The notes beneath the pieces are model-generated. The model was not told the origin of the DNA, made no database searches, and saw only the letters and a program-made list of their open reading frames with translations. Shown here piece by piece: positions 45,904 to 59,033 of a stretch of DNA of 64,000 nt (position 1 is its first letter; each line of letters opens with the position of its first letter). Source of the stretch: Eledone cirrhosa. Taxonomy: Eukaryota. Both the position numbers and the translations under genes were made by a program. The stretch lies in NCBI GenBank assembly GCA_964016885.1, contig OZ024745.1, forward strand, positions 24,676,001-24,740,000, written 5' to 3'.

Positions 45904-45904
45904 C

Positions 45905-45978
<74 letters not shown>

Positions 45979-45988
45979 CGTAGTAGTC

Positions 45989-46036
<48 letters not shown>

Positions 46037-46037
46037 A

Positions 46038-46078
<41 letters not shown>

Positions 46079-46079
46079 A

Positions 46080-46135
<56 letters not shown>

Positions 46136-46152
46136 ATAGTAGTAGTAGTAGT
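45733..46152. repeat. (TTC)n and (TAG)n microsatellites
   Basis: Direct reading. Confidence 0.95.
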
Positions 46153-46169
46153 TTTCATATGTTCTTGTT

Positions 46170-46322
46170 ATATATGACCAAGATACTCTCATGGAACGAC
46201 CAAATGAGGTTTATTTTTCAACATAGTCCCTGGAAGGAAACAATGCAATTATTAATAAGAGTTGAAATTAATGCATGCAAGATTTCACACCTCTAGCATC
46301 ACTCCTTCATAGTCAGTCTATA
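46170..46322 (-). mobile_element. mariner-type MITE, partial
   Basis: Homologous to 10500-10650. Confidence 0.75.
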
Positions 46323-46582
46323 TAACATATGTATACACAAATTTAGTCAGCAAAATGAAGTGAACAATCTAATAAGTAAGTATACTGTATATTAGAAATG
46401 GATATTCTAGTATAAAATTAATGAAACGGAATGGAATAAGTATGAAATTACTACTGCACTGTTGAAGAAAGATAAACAATGTTAATGAATATGAAAAGTC
46501 AACATTGAAATAAGCAAATATAACAAACAAATCTCATGCACAAATGAAATACAACAGAATTGAATAAACAGATTAATATATG

Positions 46583-46759
46583 TACGAGGGTAGACTGAGA
46601 AGTTCATAGAATGACTATGTGGGAGTGATGATAGGGCTGTGAAATCTTCCATGCATTAATTTCAACTCTTCTTATTAATAATAACATTGTTTCTTTCCAG
46701 GGAGTATGTTAAAAAATAAACCTCATTTGGTAATTCCATGAGAGTATCTTGGTCATATA
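46583..46759 (+). mobile_element. mariner-type MITE, partial
   Basis: TACGAGGGTAGACTGAGAAGTTCATAG start; homologous to 1281-1440. Confidence 0.75.
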
Positions 46760-47732
46760 AAACAGGAACGTGTGAAAAAACGTTTAAATAAATGTTTAAA
46801 AACAAACTTAATAATGACATAAATGAACAAACACAATATTGAAACGTGGTGAAAACATCAAAACGCAATAAACAAATTTAGTAGAAGAAAATTGACAAAG
46901 ATAAATATACGAGAGTAATTTTTTTCATTTCTTAACTTCTACAACGTGTGCCTCATTTTTACTTTCTGTTTATTAAATTATTTCACTGATGATGAAAGAT
47001 GGGAATATATCTAAGAAACTACTAATTGACAAACTCAGCTTTGTTGTCCCCAGAGGTGTTGGCCCGGATGGAAAAGGGGGAGCGTACTCTGGTATGTGGC
47101 AGCACAGAGGTAGGCGACCTTGTGGTCTTAGTGGACAAAATGAAGAAAACGTTTCCCTGGTTGGTGGCGAGAAAGATGCGCTGCAATAGCCATTCCAATT
47201 CGAGTGGCTCGCTCCTGCCGGTAGCCAGCACCGCCTCGAGATATCATCATATATATATATATTACAAGGTGATATAATTGGAGTACACAATCCCTCATAT
47301 GGACTATCATACATGTAAGGCTGTACCACTGCTAACCAACTATTATTTTCACAGACTCATGCTTGCAAACTCTCGTAATCTGCTTGTACACCCTGTTTTG
47401 GCACTGCTTGTGCTTTGATGTATCTATGCTTTGCTTTGTCTTATATTTTTTTTTGGGGGGGGGGTCTTTTTGTTCCTTTATTGTTTTGTATTTTTATATT
47501 TATCTCTTTTCCTATCCCTGTATTTTTGTACTTTTTTATTATATTTTTTTATTATTTTCTTATTGTTTCTGATCATGCTGAGTAATACCCTAACTCATCC
47601 CTTGCTACCCTCTCCCAGCCTCTTTATCATCTATTGCACCATTTAAATGATACATTTTTGGTGTAATTTTTTAAATTTTTAAGACATTTTATGACATTAT
47701 GTGCATCATGTATTCTGCCTTTATTAATTGAG

Positions 47733-47781
47733 CCGTTATACATATTTCCATGACAATAGATATCGTGATTTCTTCAGACAG
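47733..47781 (-). ncRNA. hammerhead in a PLE-terminus remnant
   Basis: CTGT CTGAAGA AATC ACGAT ATCT ATTGT CATG GAAA TATGTA TA ACGG, then AATAAA. Confidence 0.55.
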
Positions 47782-47918
47782 TAAAATGAGTAAAAGGTAA
47801 CATTTCCGAGGCAATTATGGGTGGAAGGGAGCGGACTAAAAAAATGTACTCCATCATCCTTGTTTTAAAGAAGTAATATGACGTCGAGTGCTTGAAGTGA
47901 ATTGCATCCTTATATAAC

Positions 47919-47956
<38 letters not shown>

Positions 47957-47991
47957 AGAGAGAGAGAGAGAGAGAGAGAGTGAGAGAGAGA

Positions 47992-48061
<70 letters not shown>

Positions 48062-48875
48062 AATCAGTAATGCATCGAAACACAATTTATTAACGTATTA
48101 CAATTGTTTCTCCGGCGAACAACTCGAGGTGCGATCCATTTGTGGATCGTACCTGACTTCTAAAGACAGAGGATTTGCTTCGAAGTAGGAATACTACTAA
48201 TAGGAATACTACTAAAGCTACAAGAAGGAATACTACTAAAGCTACTACAGTTATTTCTGCTCTTTTTTCTCCTCGTCCCCCGTGAAGTTGTTAAGAACAC
48301 TTTAGTTTTCTTTACTAATACTTTTGTCGCTGCCATCTTTATTATATATATATATTATATATATATGCTGTTGCTGATGATAATATTTTCGTTGCTGTCG
48401 TCATCACTGACTCTGGTCCATAGACAGTATACAATAATAGATTATTTATATTATATAAAGGAAAGACCTATATAGAAGTAATACTTCATGCACAAACATA
48501 GAAAGCCAAACAAATGAGAATATGTCACCAACAATCAATCAGAAATTGTTCTTGAATAAATAACAGACGACAGAAAATGGCGAATGCAAATCAAAAGTAA
48601 ATCAAGAGTAAATGTATATATATGTATATATAGAGAGAGATAGAGAGATAGATAGATATATTTCTTTATTTACCATAAAGGCATAAAAAGAATGGACAAA
48701 TACAAAGGGGGAGTTTACATAAAACCGAGTAAAAAGGGTATAAAATGAAAATAATCAAAAACAACCTCAAAAGGGAGGGGACGTGATGGGGGTTGCACAC
48801 ACACCCGAAAACGTGTGCAATCCTTTGCCCGGGGAGCACATGGAGAAGGTGCTCCCCTCTCCTTCACTTCTTTAC

Positions 48876-51800
48876 CTACAGGATGGTATACAGAGAAGGC
48901 CCATTTACACGAGCCATTCTCGCCACTATCACCCACCTTTCATAAAACTGCCTGTGGCCAAGCACCTTTCTCTCCATTCTTATCCTTCTTCCGAAGTGAT
49001 ATCGGAAGAAGTAGACCAGACTATGGCCAGAGAGGAAGTTGCCTGACCTCAGACCTTTCAATCGTGTCCACCAAACAACCTCTTTCAACATGGCTATTAC
49101 GCACAGAAAAACCGCCTTTGCTTCCTTTGTGAAGAGGGGAAGCGGCTTGATTGTCATCACGGACTCGGCGGTCAATCGAATCGGCGCCACCCGCGACAGC
49201 AGTCGTTCGGCGTAGCCCCACAGATCATCCACGCCCGGACATTGCACCAATGCGTGCGCAACGGTTTCTTCGTGACGCACGCATCTAGGGCAAATCTTTT
49301 TCGAGGGATCCCTGCCCGGGCACCCGTGTCTGTAGAGCTTTTCTCGAACGGGTAGAGCCCCCGGTAGCAATGCCAGGCCAGTGACTTCTGGAAGTTGTCC
49401 ATTGGTCCCGGGCCGAAAGTCCTACCGTACAGGCTGGCCAGTTCGTCCTTTTCCATGTCCAGCGACTCTCCAAGGGTGTCATCGCCCCTGCTAGCCACCA
49501 GCCCTCTATAGAATGACGAGGTGGATTCTCCACCGATGGCCGGGTCCGCTTGCCAGAGAGCCCTGAGCGCCTGGGCACACTCAGTGTACCAGTCGCCCAG
49601 TTTTCCGGATCTTTGCTTGACCCAGGACTGCAGCTCGGTGAGCGAGACGAGTCTCGGAAAGGCTCGTCTCACGAACGGAACCCACACCGGTTGACCAGTG
49701 AGGAATACCTGTAGGTGCCGTAGCCTTAATGCGTGCCTACGCATCATCAACCACGGCATCCCCAGCCCTCCTTTCGAAGGTTGTTGGCAGCAGATGGATC
49801 TTCTCACCATAGGAGGGCGCTTCTTCCAAAGAAATTGAAAGAGCATGCGTTCCATGGTGGTGAGTGTTTCCTTAGGGCAAGGCACGACAGTCAGGCGGTA
49901 GTAGGTGACGGATGCTATGTAAATGTTCGCCACCTCCGCCCGACCTTTCAGGGACAGCTTACACTTGGCCCATTTCTGGGTCAGTGCAAACACCTTGCTC
50001 GTGACCTCGCCCCAGTTCTTTTCCACCTGGAGGTCCGGTCCAAACCAGACCCCAAGCAACTTCACCGGGCCCTACGTCCAGTGTCCGAGGACACCGTCGG
50101 GAGGCATCGGTCTGCCTCTCCACGTTCCGAGTTGCAGCCCGATGGATTTTTCCCGGTTCAGTTTCGCTCCTGACAACCTTTCGTATTCCTCCAGTAAGGT
50201 ACCGATCTCCTCGATCTCCGAGTCGGTCGATACCATTACTGTTACGTCATCGGCGTAGGCCGACACCGCTTTGCTCAATCCTGGTTCCAGGGGGATACCC
50301 TGCAACAACTCCAACTCCCTCAGTAAAGGCACGAGAGTCAATACGTACAGAAGGGAGGAGAGAGCGCACCCCTGTCGAATGGAGCGTGTGATTTCGAACG
50401 GCTTCGAAAGGTAGCCGTTCACGTTGATCCTAGAACAGATGTGGTTGCTATGTAAGGCAGTGATCCAGCCTCTGAAAACAGGACCGAACCCAGCCGCCGC
50501 TAGCACCGCATCCAGGTAACCATGGTCGACCCTATCGAACGCCTTAGACTGATCCAAGTTGATCAGAGCCCCACCGAAGCCGGGTTTGTTGCCAACCCTC
50601 TCTATGATGTATCGCATGAGGTGGAGGTTATCGTGAATGGACCTGGATGGGATAGCACATGTCTGCGCATCTCACACCAGGCTACCCACGACAAGCGCCA
50701 ACCTCTTTGCTAACACCTTGGCCAAAATCTTTAACTCTGTGTTTAGCAGCATTATGGGCCGAAAATTATTTATACTATGCCCTTTATTCTCGTCCTTCCT
50801 CACCAGCGAGACTACGCCCTTGGCTACAGAACAAGGAATTCTCCCGTTCTGCTGCCAATTGCAGTAGACTGCTTCGAGGAGTTCGGAGAAGAAGACCGGC
50901 ATTGCTAAATAAAGTTCGTAAGGTATACCATCGAGACCTGGAGATTTGCATCTACTGCATTGGCTCAGCGCATCCCCGATCTCATCAGCCAAGATTGGTC
51001 CCTTGCAGGACTCTGCCTCTTCGCTCGAGAGACGCGGCAGGCCTTCGAGGTATGGACCGAAATCCACCTCCCCGCCCGGACCCTCGCCTCCCCCGAACAA
51101 TCGGGCAAAGTGCCTTTGAAAGGCCTCGCACATCTGCTTAGGCTCCCGGATCACCCGTCCATCCTCGTCTTGCAAAGACCGGATGGTGGATCGATTTCCA
51201 CTCTTAGCTTCTGTCACGCGGGCCCAGCCAACGGCTTTGGCCCCCTCATTACCTAGAGCACGTATTTTACTTCGAATGACGCAGCCTTCGTGCTTTGCAT
51301 CGAAAAACTGGCTCAAGGCCGTCCTCGATGCCAGCACTCTGGCCACATCTTCGCTCTTGATTGCCTCTTCTAATTTATCTGTTAATTCTTTCTCGTTCCT
51401 ATTCCTATCGGCAGCTAACATCTTGCTATAACTTATTGATTCTGTTCTAATCTCTCTTTTGAGAGATGCCCACCATCGGTTGTTGACGATTGCACCCGTC
51501 AACCTCTCCTTAACTAATCTGCTAATCCGGTTTCTGTAAGCCTCTTTTGCCGGTAAAGACAAATTAAGTTTCCAGTAACCGGGACCCTGTCTATATGTTC
51601 TCTCGAGGTTGACTACGCAGGTCACTAATTTGTGATCTGTATAGCCAACCGTGAGCATTTCTGGACAGCTTAATATGTCCCTATCCTTACTTCTAACTAA
51701 GAATCTATCTAAGTACGATCTAGATTGAACACTATGGTTCGTCCAAGTCCAGGTTGGCACAGTTGGAAAATCTAGTCAATATTTATCGACCAAGTTAAAA

Positions 51801-52311
51801 CGGCCGAGTAACCCCTTGAGGCTGTTACACCCCCCTCTATTAGGACATGCTCCTGCATAGTCCCAACGTGCATCTAGGATGTCATTCCAGTCCCCCGCTA
51901 GAAGCAGGGAACGCGACGTTCCCAGAAAAGTCTCCAGACGCTGGAAGAAGTCAGGTCGTTCAGCTCCGAAAGGGGAGTAGACGGCGACCAGTCTCAAGGC
52001 TGCACCTCCACTACTGCCAACGTCTAGCACCAACAAACGACCTTCCGGGTCCGAGTGAACAACCTGTACGGCGAGACCCAGGTGTTTTTCCAGCAGTACG
52101 ACAACCCCACCCCCACCTCCAGGTTGACAGAGAGATGCGTGCACCTCAAAGTCATCGAAGGTAGGGGCCAGCTGCCGCACGACGCTGATCCGAGTCTCAC
52201 AGTTAACCATTACATTTATACCACGTGACCTGGGGTCATTTAGAAGCTTGCTTGCTTCCAAGTTGAGCCCAGGCCACTTGCATTCAAACATCCTACTCTT
52301 AACACATCCAT
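48876..52311 (-). pseudogene. LINE ORF2 APE endonuclease + reverse transcriptase, several frameshifts
   Basis: MDVLRVGCLN, ETR, GDWN, SYLDRF, TDH, YWKLN, KSPGLDG, FRPIMLLN, DQSKAFDRV, RQGCALS, YADD, GGLG, CPRC..EETVAH. Confidence 0.93.
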
Positions 52312-52344
52312 GTGGGCGGCAAAGCCAAAGGAGAGTGTAGAGAC

Positions 52345-54254
52345 CTACCTTTCTGCTTCCCGGGGTTCGGGTCGCACGACTTCCATGGGGTCGGGGGTGT
52401 TGGGTGAAGGGGTGTCTTGTGGTGGTGTGGGGTCGTCAGTGTGTGGTGGGGTTGGGGTGTTTGGAGTTGTGTTGGGGAGGTGAATGGGATGGGGAAAGCT
52501 TTTTAAGAGGACGCGGTTTATGGGTTTGACAGAGGGTGGTCCTACGTCCTCCTTAAAATCCTTTTTTAGTTTTTGGTAGAGGTTCATTGGGACCTTTATT
52601 AATTTTAATTGTGGGTTGTTTTCTGAAAAAAGAAAATTTACCCCTTCGGTTTGTACCGAAGGGTTATTGTTTATGGGTTCATTTAATTTATTACTGTTTC
52701 TGTTGATGTAAGTATAGTGTAATGTCTTTTTTCGGACGGTGTGAGTGTTTCGAAGAGGGGAGGGGCAGGTTTGGTTTTGTTTGTTGCTGGAGGGGTGTTT
52801 TGTGTTTTGTTGGATTGTGTTGACATTTGGGTAGGGGCTGTTTGGCCTTGTGTGTTTTGCACATGTTTTCTTTTTTTCTTTTTAATCTGTCTGAAGGACT
52901 CCGTTTCTTCCTCCGAATTCGTTGGGTTATCTTCAGTGTTGGAGGGAAGAGGTATGTTTGTTTGTAGTGTTTCCGTGTTAGTTTTCTTTGTGGGGGAGAT
53001 AGATGTCACTATGTTAGACTGTGTTGTGTGTTGTGGCTGCGGTGGTTGTGTTGTTTTATTGAGTGAGGGGTTGGGTGGGACTGTGTTTTGTTTTTGGGTA
53101 ATGTGTTGTGTCTGTTTGTGCTGTGGTGGTGGTGTAGTTTTACTGAGGGACAGGTTGGGTGGGACTGAGTTTTGTTGTTTGTTTATCTGTTGTGGTGGTG
53201 GTGGAGCTGGTGTTGGTTGCAGGGTTTTCTTCTTGTTGAGTTGGGGACAAGCCGCCTTCAGGTGCCCTCTTCCTGCACAGATATGACAGGATGGCCTTCT
53301 CCCCTCCGCGCTAATGTTTATATACCCGTGGCCCTCTAATAGGATTCTGTCGGGTATTTGGGCAATGCGTTCAGGCTTCATTTGCACTACAAGTTCTATA
53401 CCTGTTCCACTGAACGCATTGCCTGTGGTTTTCCCAATGGAAATCACGTTGTCATTCGCTGGATCGATGAAGCCAGCTATGAGCCAGCAGTAGTCCATAT
53501 CTGGCATCATCGCATCCAGCCATATGCGCTGAGGTCTTTTACCCATATAAGATGGATAAAAGGTAAAACTTGTCGAACGAATCGGCGACAAAGCATATTT
53601 TTTCGCTGTCGATTCGTTCTTCATAATAATGGCCAGGCTTCCATACAGCCTGTCTCTTCTTATGAAAGTGGCTTCATTAAATATTTCTCTAAGTACCGCT
53701 TTAATTTTTGCTTGTGTTGGTTGTTGTGGCTTTTTTGATATGTTGTTGATGGTGCGGAAAACGACCGTCCGACTTTCAATATCTTTGGTGAGTTCTTGGG
53801 GCATTTTTACCAACAAGGCTCCATTTTCCCCTTGAGTTATGAATTGTTTGGCGTTTTTTATTCTTTGTGCCACATCTGAAATATTTTCAGGTATGTACGT
53901 TAAAGATTTTTTTGTTGTTTGTGCAAATGAAATATTATTCGTGTTGACTTTGTCGTCTGTTTTGCTTTCTGTTATGATGTTGTTGTTTTCAAATGTTATT
54001 TTTGTGTTTGTTGTTTCTTTGTTTGTGGTATTAATATTGTCATACAATTCTTTCAAATTTTTTTTGTTGTTGGAATCAATCTCCAGATTTGTGTTTTCGT
54101 CGACATTTTTCTCCGCACATTCGTCTGTTTTTATTTTATTTTTTCTTTCCTTCTCTATGACGTTAGTTGGGAAGGAAGGGGGGACTAAAGCGTGCGAGCT
54201 TACAACTCTTACCGCTGTCCCCCCACCACTATTTTCGTTAGCTTCGTTTAACAT
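52345..54254 (-). pseudogene. LINE ORF1 (gag-like, one CX2CX4HX4C, P/T/Q-rich tail; probable frameshift near 52690)
   Basis: CHICAGRGHLKAAC; position upstream of ORF2. Confidence 0.8.
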
Positions 54255-54480
54255 TTCTCCCAGACGATTGAAATTTTATGCAACAAAATATTTAAAAACA
54301 GGTTTTTCACCCCTGGGAGGGGCGAAAATGAGCTGACCCACCGCCTGACAGTTCAGACGGGGGGTCAAGCTACACAATAGTATCAAAATTAAAATTAAAC
54401 TTACAAAATTTCCGCAATAAATTGGAACAAAACTTCTGCGCGAAGTGAATTACGTCTACGCTATCGAACAGACGACAGCT

Positions 54481-54590
<110 letters not shown>

Positions 54591-54592
54591 CG

Positions 54593-54663
<71 letters not shown>

Positions 54664-54977
54664 AAGAATGAAGAGTAACATGGTTGGCTGTACAATAAGG
54701 GGCTTTATTTAAAGTATTGACAATTGTTTCGTTGATTATATATATATATAAATGTAATCTGAGTTTTTCGAATATTAATAATAACATTCGATTCGTTTAC
54801 AATTATGCAAACAAGCCTCATTTTTAAAGCCATGTCAGTAGAATGAACCCTTTATTCTTGCTCTTGTGTTGGCATGTAAACAGAATTGCAGACACTAATG
54901 TTTCTGCATTAGTACACCTCACTGTCCACCTGCCAACTGTCAGAGCTATTTTCTAAAATATACAGTGACTGTTTATT

Positions 54978-55101
<124 letters not shown>

Positions 55102-55430
55102 CACACATACATACATATGTCTTTAATATATTGCTATATATTTTTATATAATATTTTTCTTACCATTCTTTTATATATTTTTTATTGTGTATATTTCCCG
55201 TTATTTTCCAGCCTCACTTCCAATTTTCAACAAATTTTAAATCTCATTTCATATTTTTTATCCATAACATCTCTGTGTGCTGACCGATCCAGACGTATAT
55301 TAATATTGTCTAAGATCCAGAAACCTTTGGTAATGGAGTAGTTATATTTTGTGTTTACTTTCTTATTAAATAGCTCTGTTCTATACATAGAGCACTCTTT
55401 TTTCCTTTGCTGTTCGTTCGGAATTAGCTA

Positions 55431-55461
<31 letters not shown>

Positions 55462-55575
55462 GAGAGAGAGAGAGATAGATAGATAGATAGATATTATAAG
55501 AACAGATTAAAGTTTAAGCAAAGAATCACTAGTCTTCGGATTTTAGTCCACACATTTATTATCACTATATATATT

Positions 55576-55688
<113 letters not shown>

Positions 55689-57300
55689 TTATTTATTTAT
55701 TTATTTATATATATATAAGAACATGTGTGCAAGTATGTATGCATGTTTGTATATATGTATATTAAAAAAAAAGTATTAAGATAAAATTAAATAATTGCAT
55801 ATATGTATTAATTAGACAGATAGGTTTACATATAACGAAGATAAATGGATATATTCAGAATGATGTATGCTATGATTAACGCTGCAAGTCATAGCATGCG
55901 ATAAAAACATGTTTCTAAGACTGTATATACCGCTCTTAGTTTAGCTGATAGTTTACACATCAAACTAAAGATATTCAATTAAATGCAATAATCACTCAGG
56001 TATTGAAGTGCGTGAGTATGTATACTGAGAAAAATTGAATTAAATAATTGAGTCCCAGTTGAATTTAATAGATTGAAATATTCGAAATTAAAGATTATAG
56101 CGTTTCTGTTTATTGCAAATTTTTGAAGATGTTTGAAGAAATTCTATATTTGTATATATAAAAAAAAAAGTAAGTCTATAGAATCATTAGATAAAATATA
56201 TATACAGCAACCAGCCTACTCGCCGACAGGCACCAATCACAAGTTTTCTGTCTTGACCACTGGCTACGTGACAATTCTTAGCCATTTTGAATCCGTTTCT
56301 GGCGGGGATAATTTAAGAAAAATCTTTGCCCAATTGAGTTTATCTCCTGATGATTTCCAAACTCGTTGATTTATCCAAGATCGGATATATCCAAAAAGTG
56401 AATGAAACCCCCGGACGTAGAGATAGATTTTGATGATTTTAGTATGTTTATGTACATTTTTTCTTCTAACTTTGATTTTGTACCTAATTATGTATGGTTA
56501 ACTATATATCAAGTCAATTTTCTGTGGCTGTGAATCGCGGATAAAAAGCTATCATTTATATATCTATTATTTCTTCATAAGTATATTTTAAACTTATAGC
56601 CTCGTTTAAATGATATTTTGTGTGGTTGATTATGCCGATTGAGAGAAGAAATACTGTATATATATTTTATCTAATGATTCTATGGACTTACTTTTTTATA
56701 TATTGCTCTGATTGTTAATTATTTAATTAATTCGTCATTGAGCCACACCGTGAATGGTTGCCAAAAACATATATATAAATCTATAGCCCTATCTAGTTTA
56801 TATGTATATAAAATTACAAAATTTTATGTATATATATATATAAGTGGTTACACAACAGTTAGTTCACCATACCAGCTCGTAATGGACATGGTTATACGGA
56901 ACAGGAAGGAGAACCGTACGAACGCGCATGCGCAGAAACGGTCACTTCACACAGGCAATACTAAAAACCGTGCGAGAGGTGTAAGGGAGATAACTGTGAG
57001 GGTCCGAAAAGTTTTTAGTTGATAAGAAAATTAGGATGTTGTTGTGATTCAATCCGGAGTTTTGTAGTTATGTAAGAGGTGTTTCGAGACGTGTGGACAA
57101 CGTGTGAAGAATTCATTTCTCGTGTTTAGGCAATCACTATTGCATAATCTCTTTAGAATATTTATTTGTTCATCAATACATAGTCCACACGACGGATTTC
57201 CCCTTGCGTATGGCTTGGACTTAGTGATGGCTTTCCATTGAATAGAGTAGTCTATACTTGAGTCATTGAGGGACCATACGTGGCTCGCGAGTTTCGTGGA

Positions 57301-57358
<58 letters not shown>

Positions 57359-57458
57359 AACGAGTAGGACTCCGACGGCTGAGCTCAAGCCATTTCGTCG
57401 GCTAATTCTGTACTTTGGTGCGTTATGGTCCATCTGGTTCCTTACCACATTTCCTTCG

Positions 57459-57520
<62 letters not shown>

Positions 57521-57599
57521 GAAAAGTATAGAAGATTATTATGAGCAAGAAGCACACTGTATTTCATAATATATAAGTGACTATAGCGTCAAAATGGGA

Positions 57600-57630
<31 letters not shown>

Positions 57631-57671
57631 CGAAACATAAGTCAATTGCATGAACTCTTAATCCTTTATTT

Positions 57672-57727
57672 ACTGCTATATATATTTCGATGATAGCCAT
57701 TGAATGGCTATGACCTCATCAGGCAGT
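57672..57727 (-). ncRNA. type I hammerhead, canonical core
   Basis: ACTGC CTGATGA GGTC ATAGCCAT TCA ATGGCTAT CATC GAAA TATATA TA GCAGT, then AATAAA. Confidence 0.85.
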
Positions 57728-58033
57728 TAGTCAGTTCTTAGATATGCCAACTCTGTGTTTATAGTGTTGATGGTATCAGAGCATTGGGACATATGAGCTT
57801 GTTAGGAATAATTTAATGTTGTCAGCAGGAATAGTCTTAATTCTCATTGGTCAGTTTGTAGATGCTAGTTGGGTTGGTATTTGACCTCAAAGAGGCAGGT
57901 GGTGTTGTAAAGTTCAAACCATCAGGCAAGATGACAATAGTTCCATATGACTGATTTTCACAAAAAGCATTCCTGGTCAGATATATATTCAATTGAGGTT
58001 AATAGTATGAAATAGATACTACAGGTTATTCTT

Positions 58034-58330
58034 AAATTGAGGAATTTATGTGGAGTGGTACTACTGAAAATTGTGGTTAGAGTAGAATACTAGAAAATTT
58101 ACAAATAAAAAGACTTATGTAGGTTGACTTGCACATACACTCACACCCACCTCCACAGACACACACACACCCACGCATAAAAATTGAGGAATTAATGTGG
58201 GGTGGTAATACTGAAAATAATGGTTAGAGTCAAATACTTAGAAAGTTTAGAAATTTTAGAAATAAAAAGACTTATGTTGGTTGACTTGTACATACACTCA
58301 CACCTACCCCCTCAGATACACACACATCTA
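58034..58330. repeat. diverged ~150-bp direct tandem duplication
   Basis: AAATTGAGGAATT...AAATAAAAAGACTTATGT.GGTTGACTTG occurs twice. Confidence 0.8.
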
Positions 58331-59033
58331 CACACACAAATCCATACAGGTGTGTTTATATATATATATGTACGCACAAGTGCATATATATATACAACAG
58401 AGGCCCCCAAATCCAAGTATAAGGCAGACATAAAACTAGGTGGGTGTTATTTTTAAAGAAAAGTAAAGTGGGTGTTTGGAAAAGTTATTGTTTAGACTAG
58501 ACAAAAGTAGAGTGTGATATATATCTTCACAGCAATAGCTTGGGGGCTTAGGAGCTTAGGCGAATCCCTTAGTACAGACATATATACCCACCCATACTTT
58601 TATACTTCTGGATGCGCGTGTATGTCTATATACACATGTGCACTCATACAAGAGAGCATATACAAATATACTCTTAAGCATACACTCGAACATTTATCAA
58701 TCCAACCTGGGGTATTAGTATTTCGTTGTGTTCACATGAGTGTGTACATTCACGCAGTCCCAGTATACACACACAATGCACGGTTGCGGGCACTCATTCA
58801 TGCGTATAGGGTTAGTACCTTGGGATAATTGTTCTTCCTGTGTGGGCCACTCCCGGGGGGGGTCCTCAGGTTCAATAAACGTGGTTTTGTTGACTCCTAA
58901 CCAGTAGAGGATCCGGTGGACCATCCACCATAGGGACCACAAACTATAGGTGGTTGTTGTTGTCCATTGGTCATTGGTACGGGGTGTAGGGGACCTACAG
59001 GGGGGAGGCGTTGTGGGAGGCCTTAACCGGGAT

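Larger units (their letters stand above)
48661..54480 (-). mobile_element. near full-length L1-clade (Tx1-like) non-LTR retrotransposon, decayed
   Basis: ORF1 with CCHC knuckle; ORF2 with APE, RT and C-terminal Cys/His motif; AATAAA at the 3' end; GATA-type repeats on both flanks. Confidence 0.92.

Noticed and set aside
49733-51431. Plus-strand ORFs within the LINE
   Set aside because: Antisense shadows of the GC-rich ORF2
55275-55340. Possible hammerhead CTGACC GATC...GATC CA GAAA CCTTTGG TA
   Set aside because: Core lacks G8/A9 and has no adjacent stem I; at best a decayed copy
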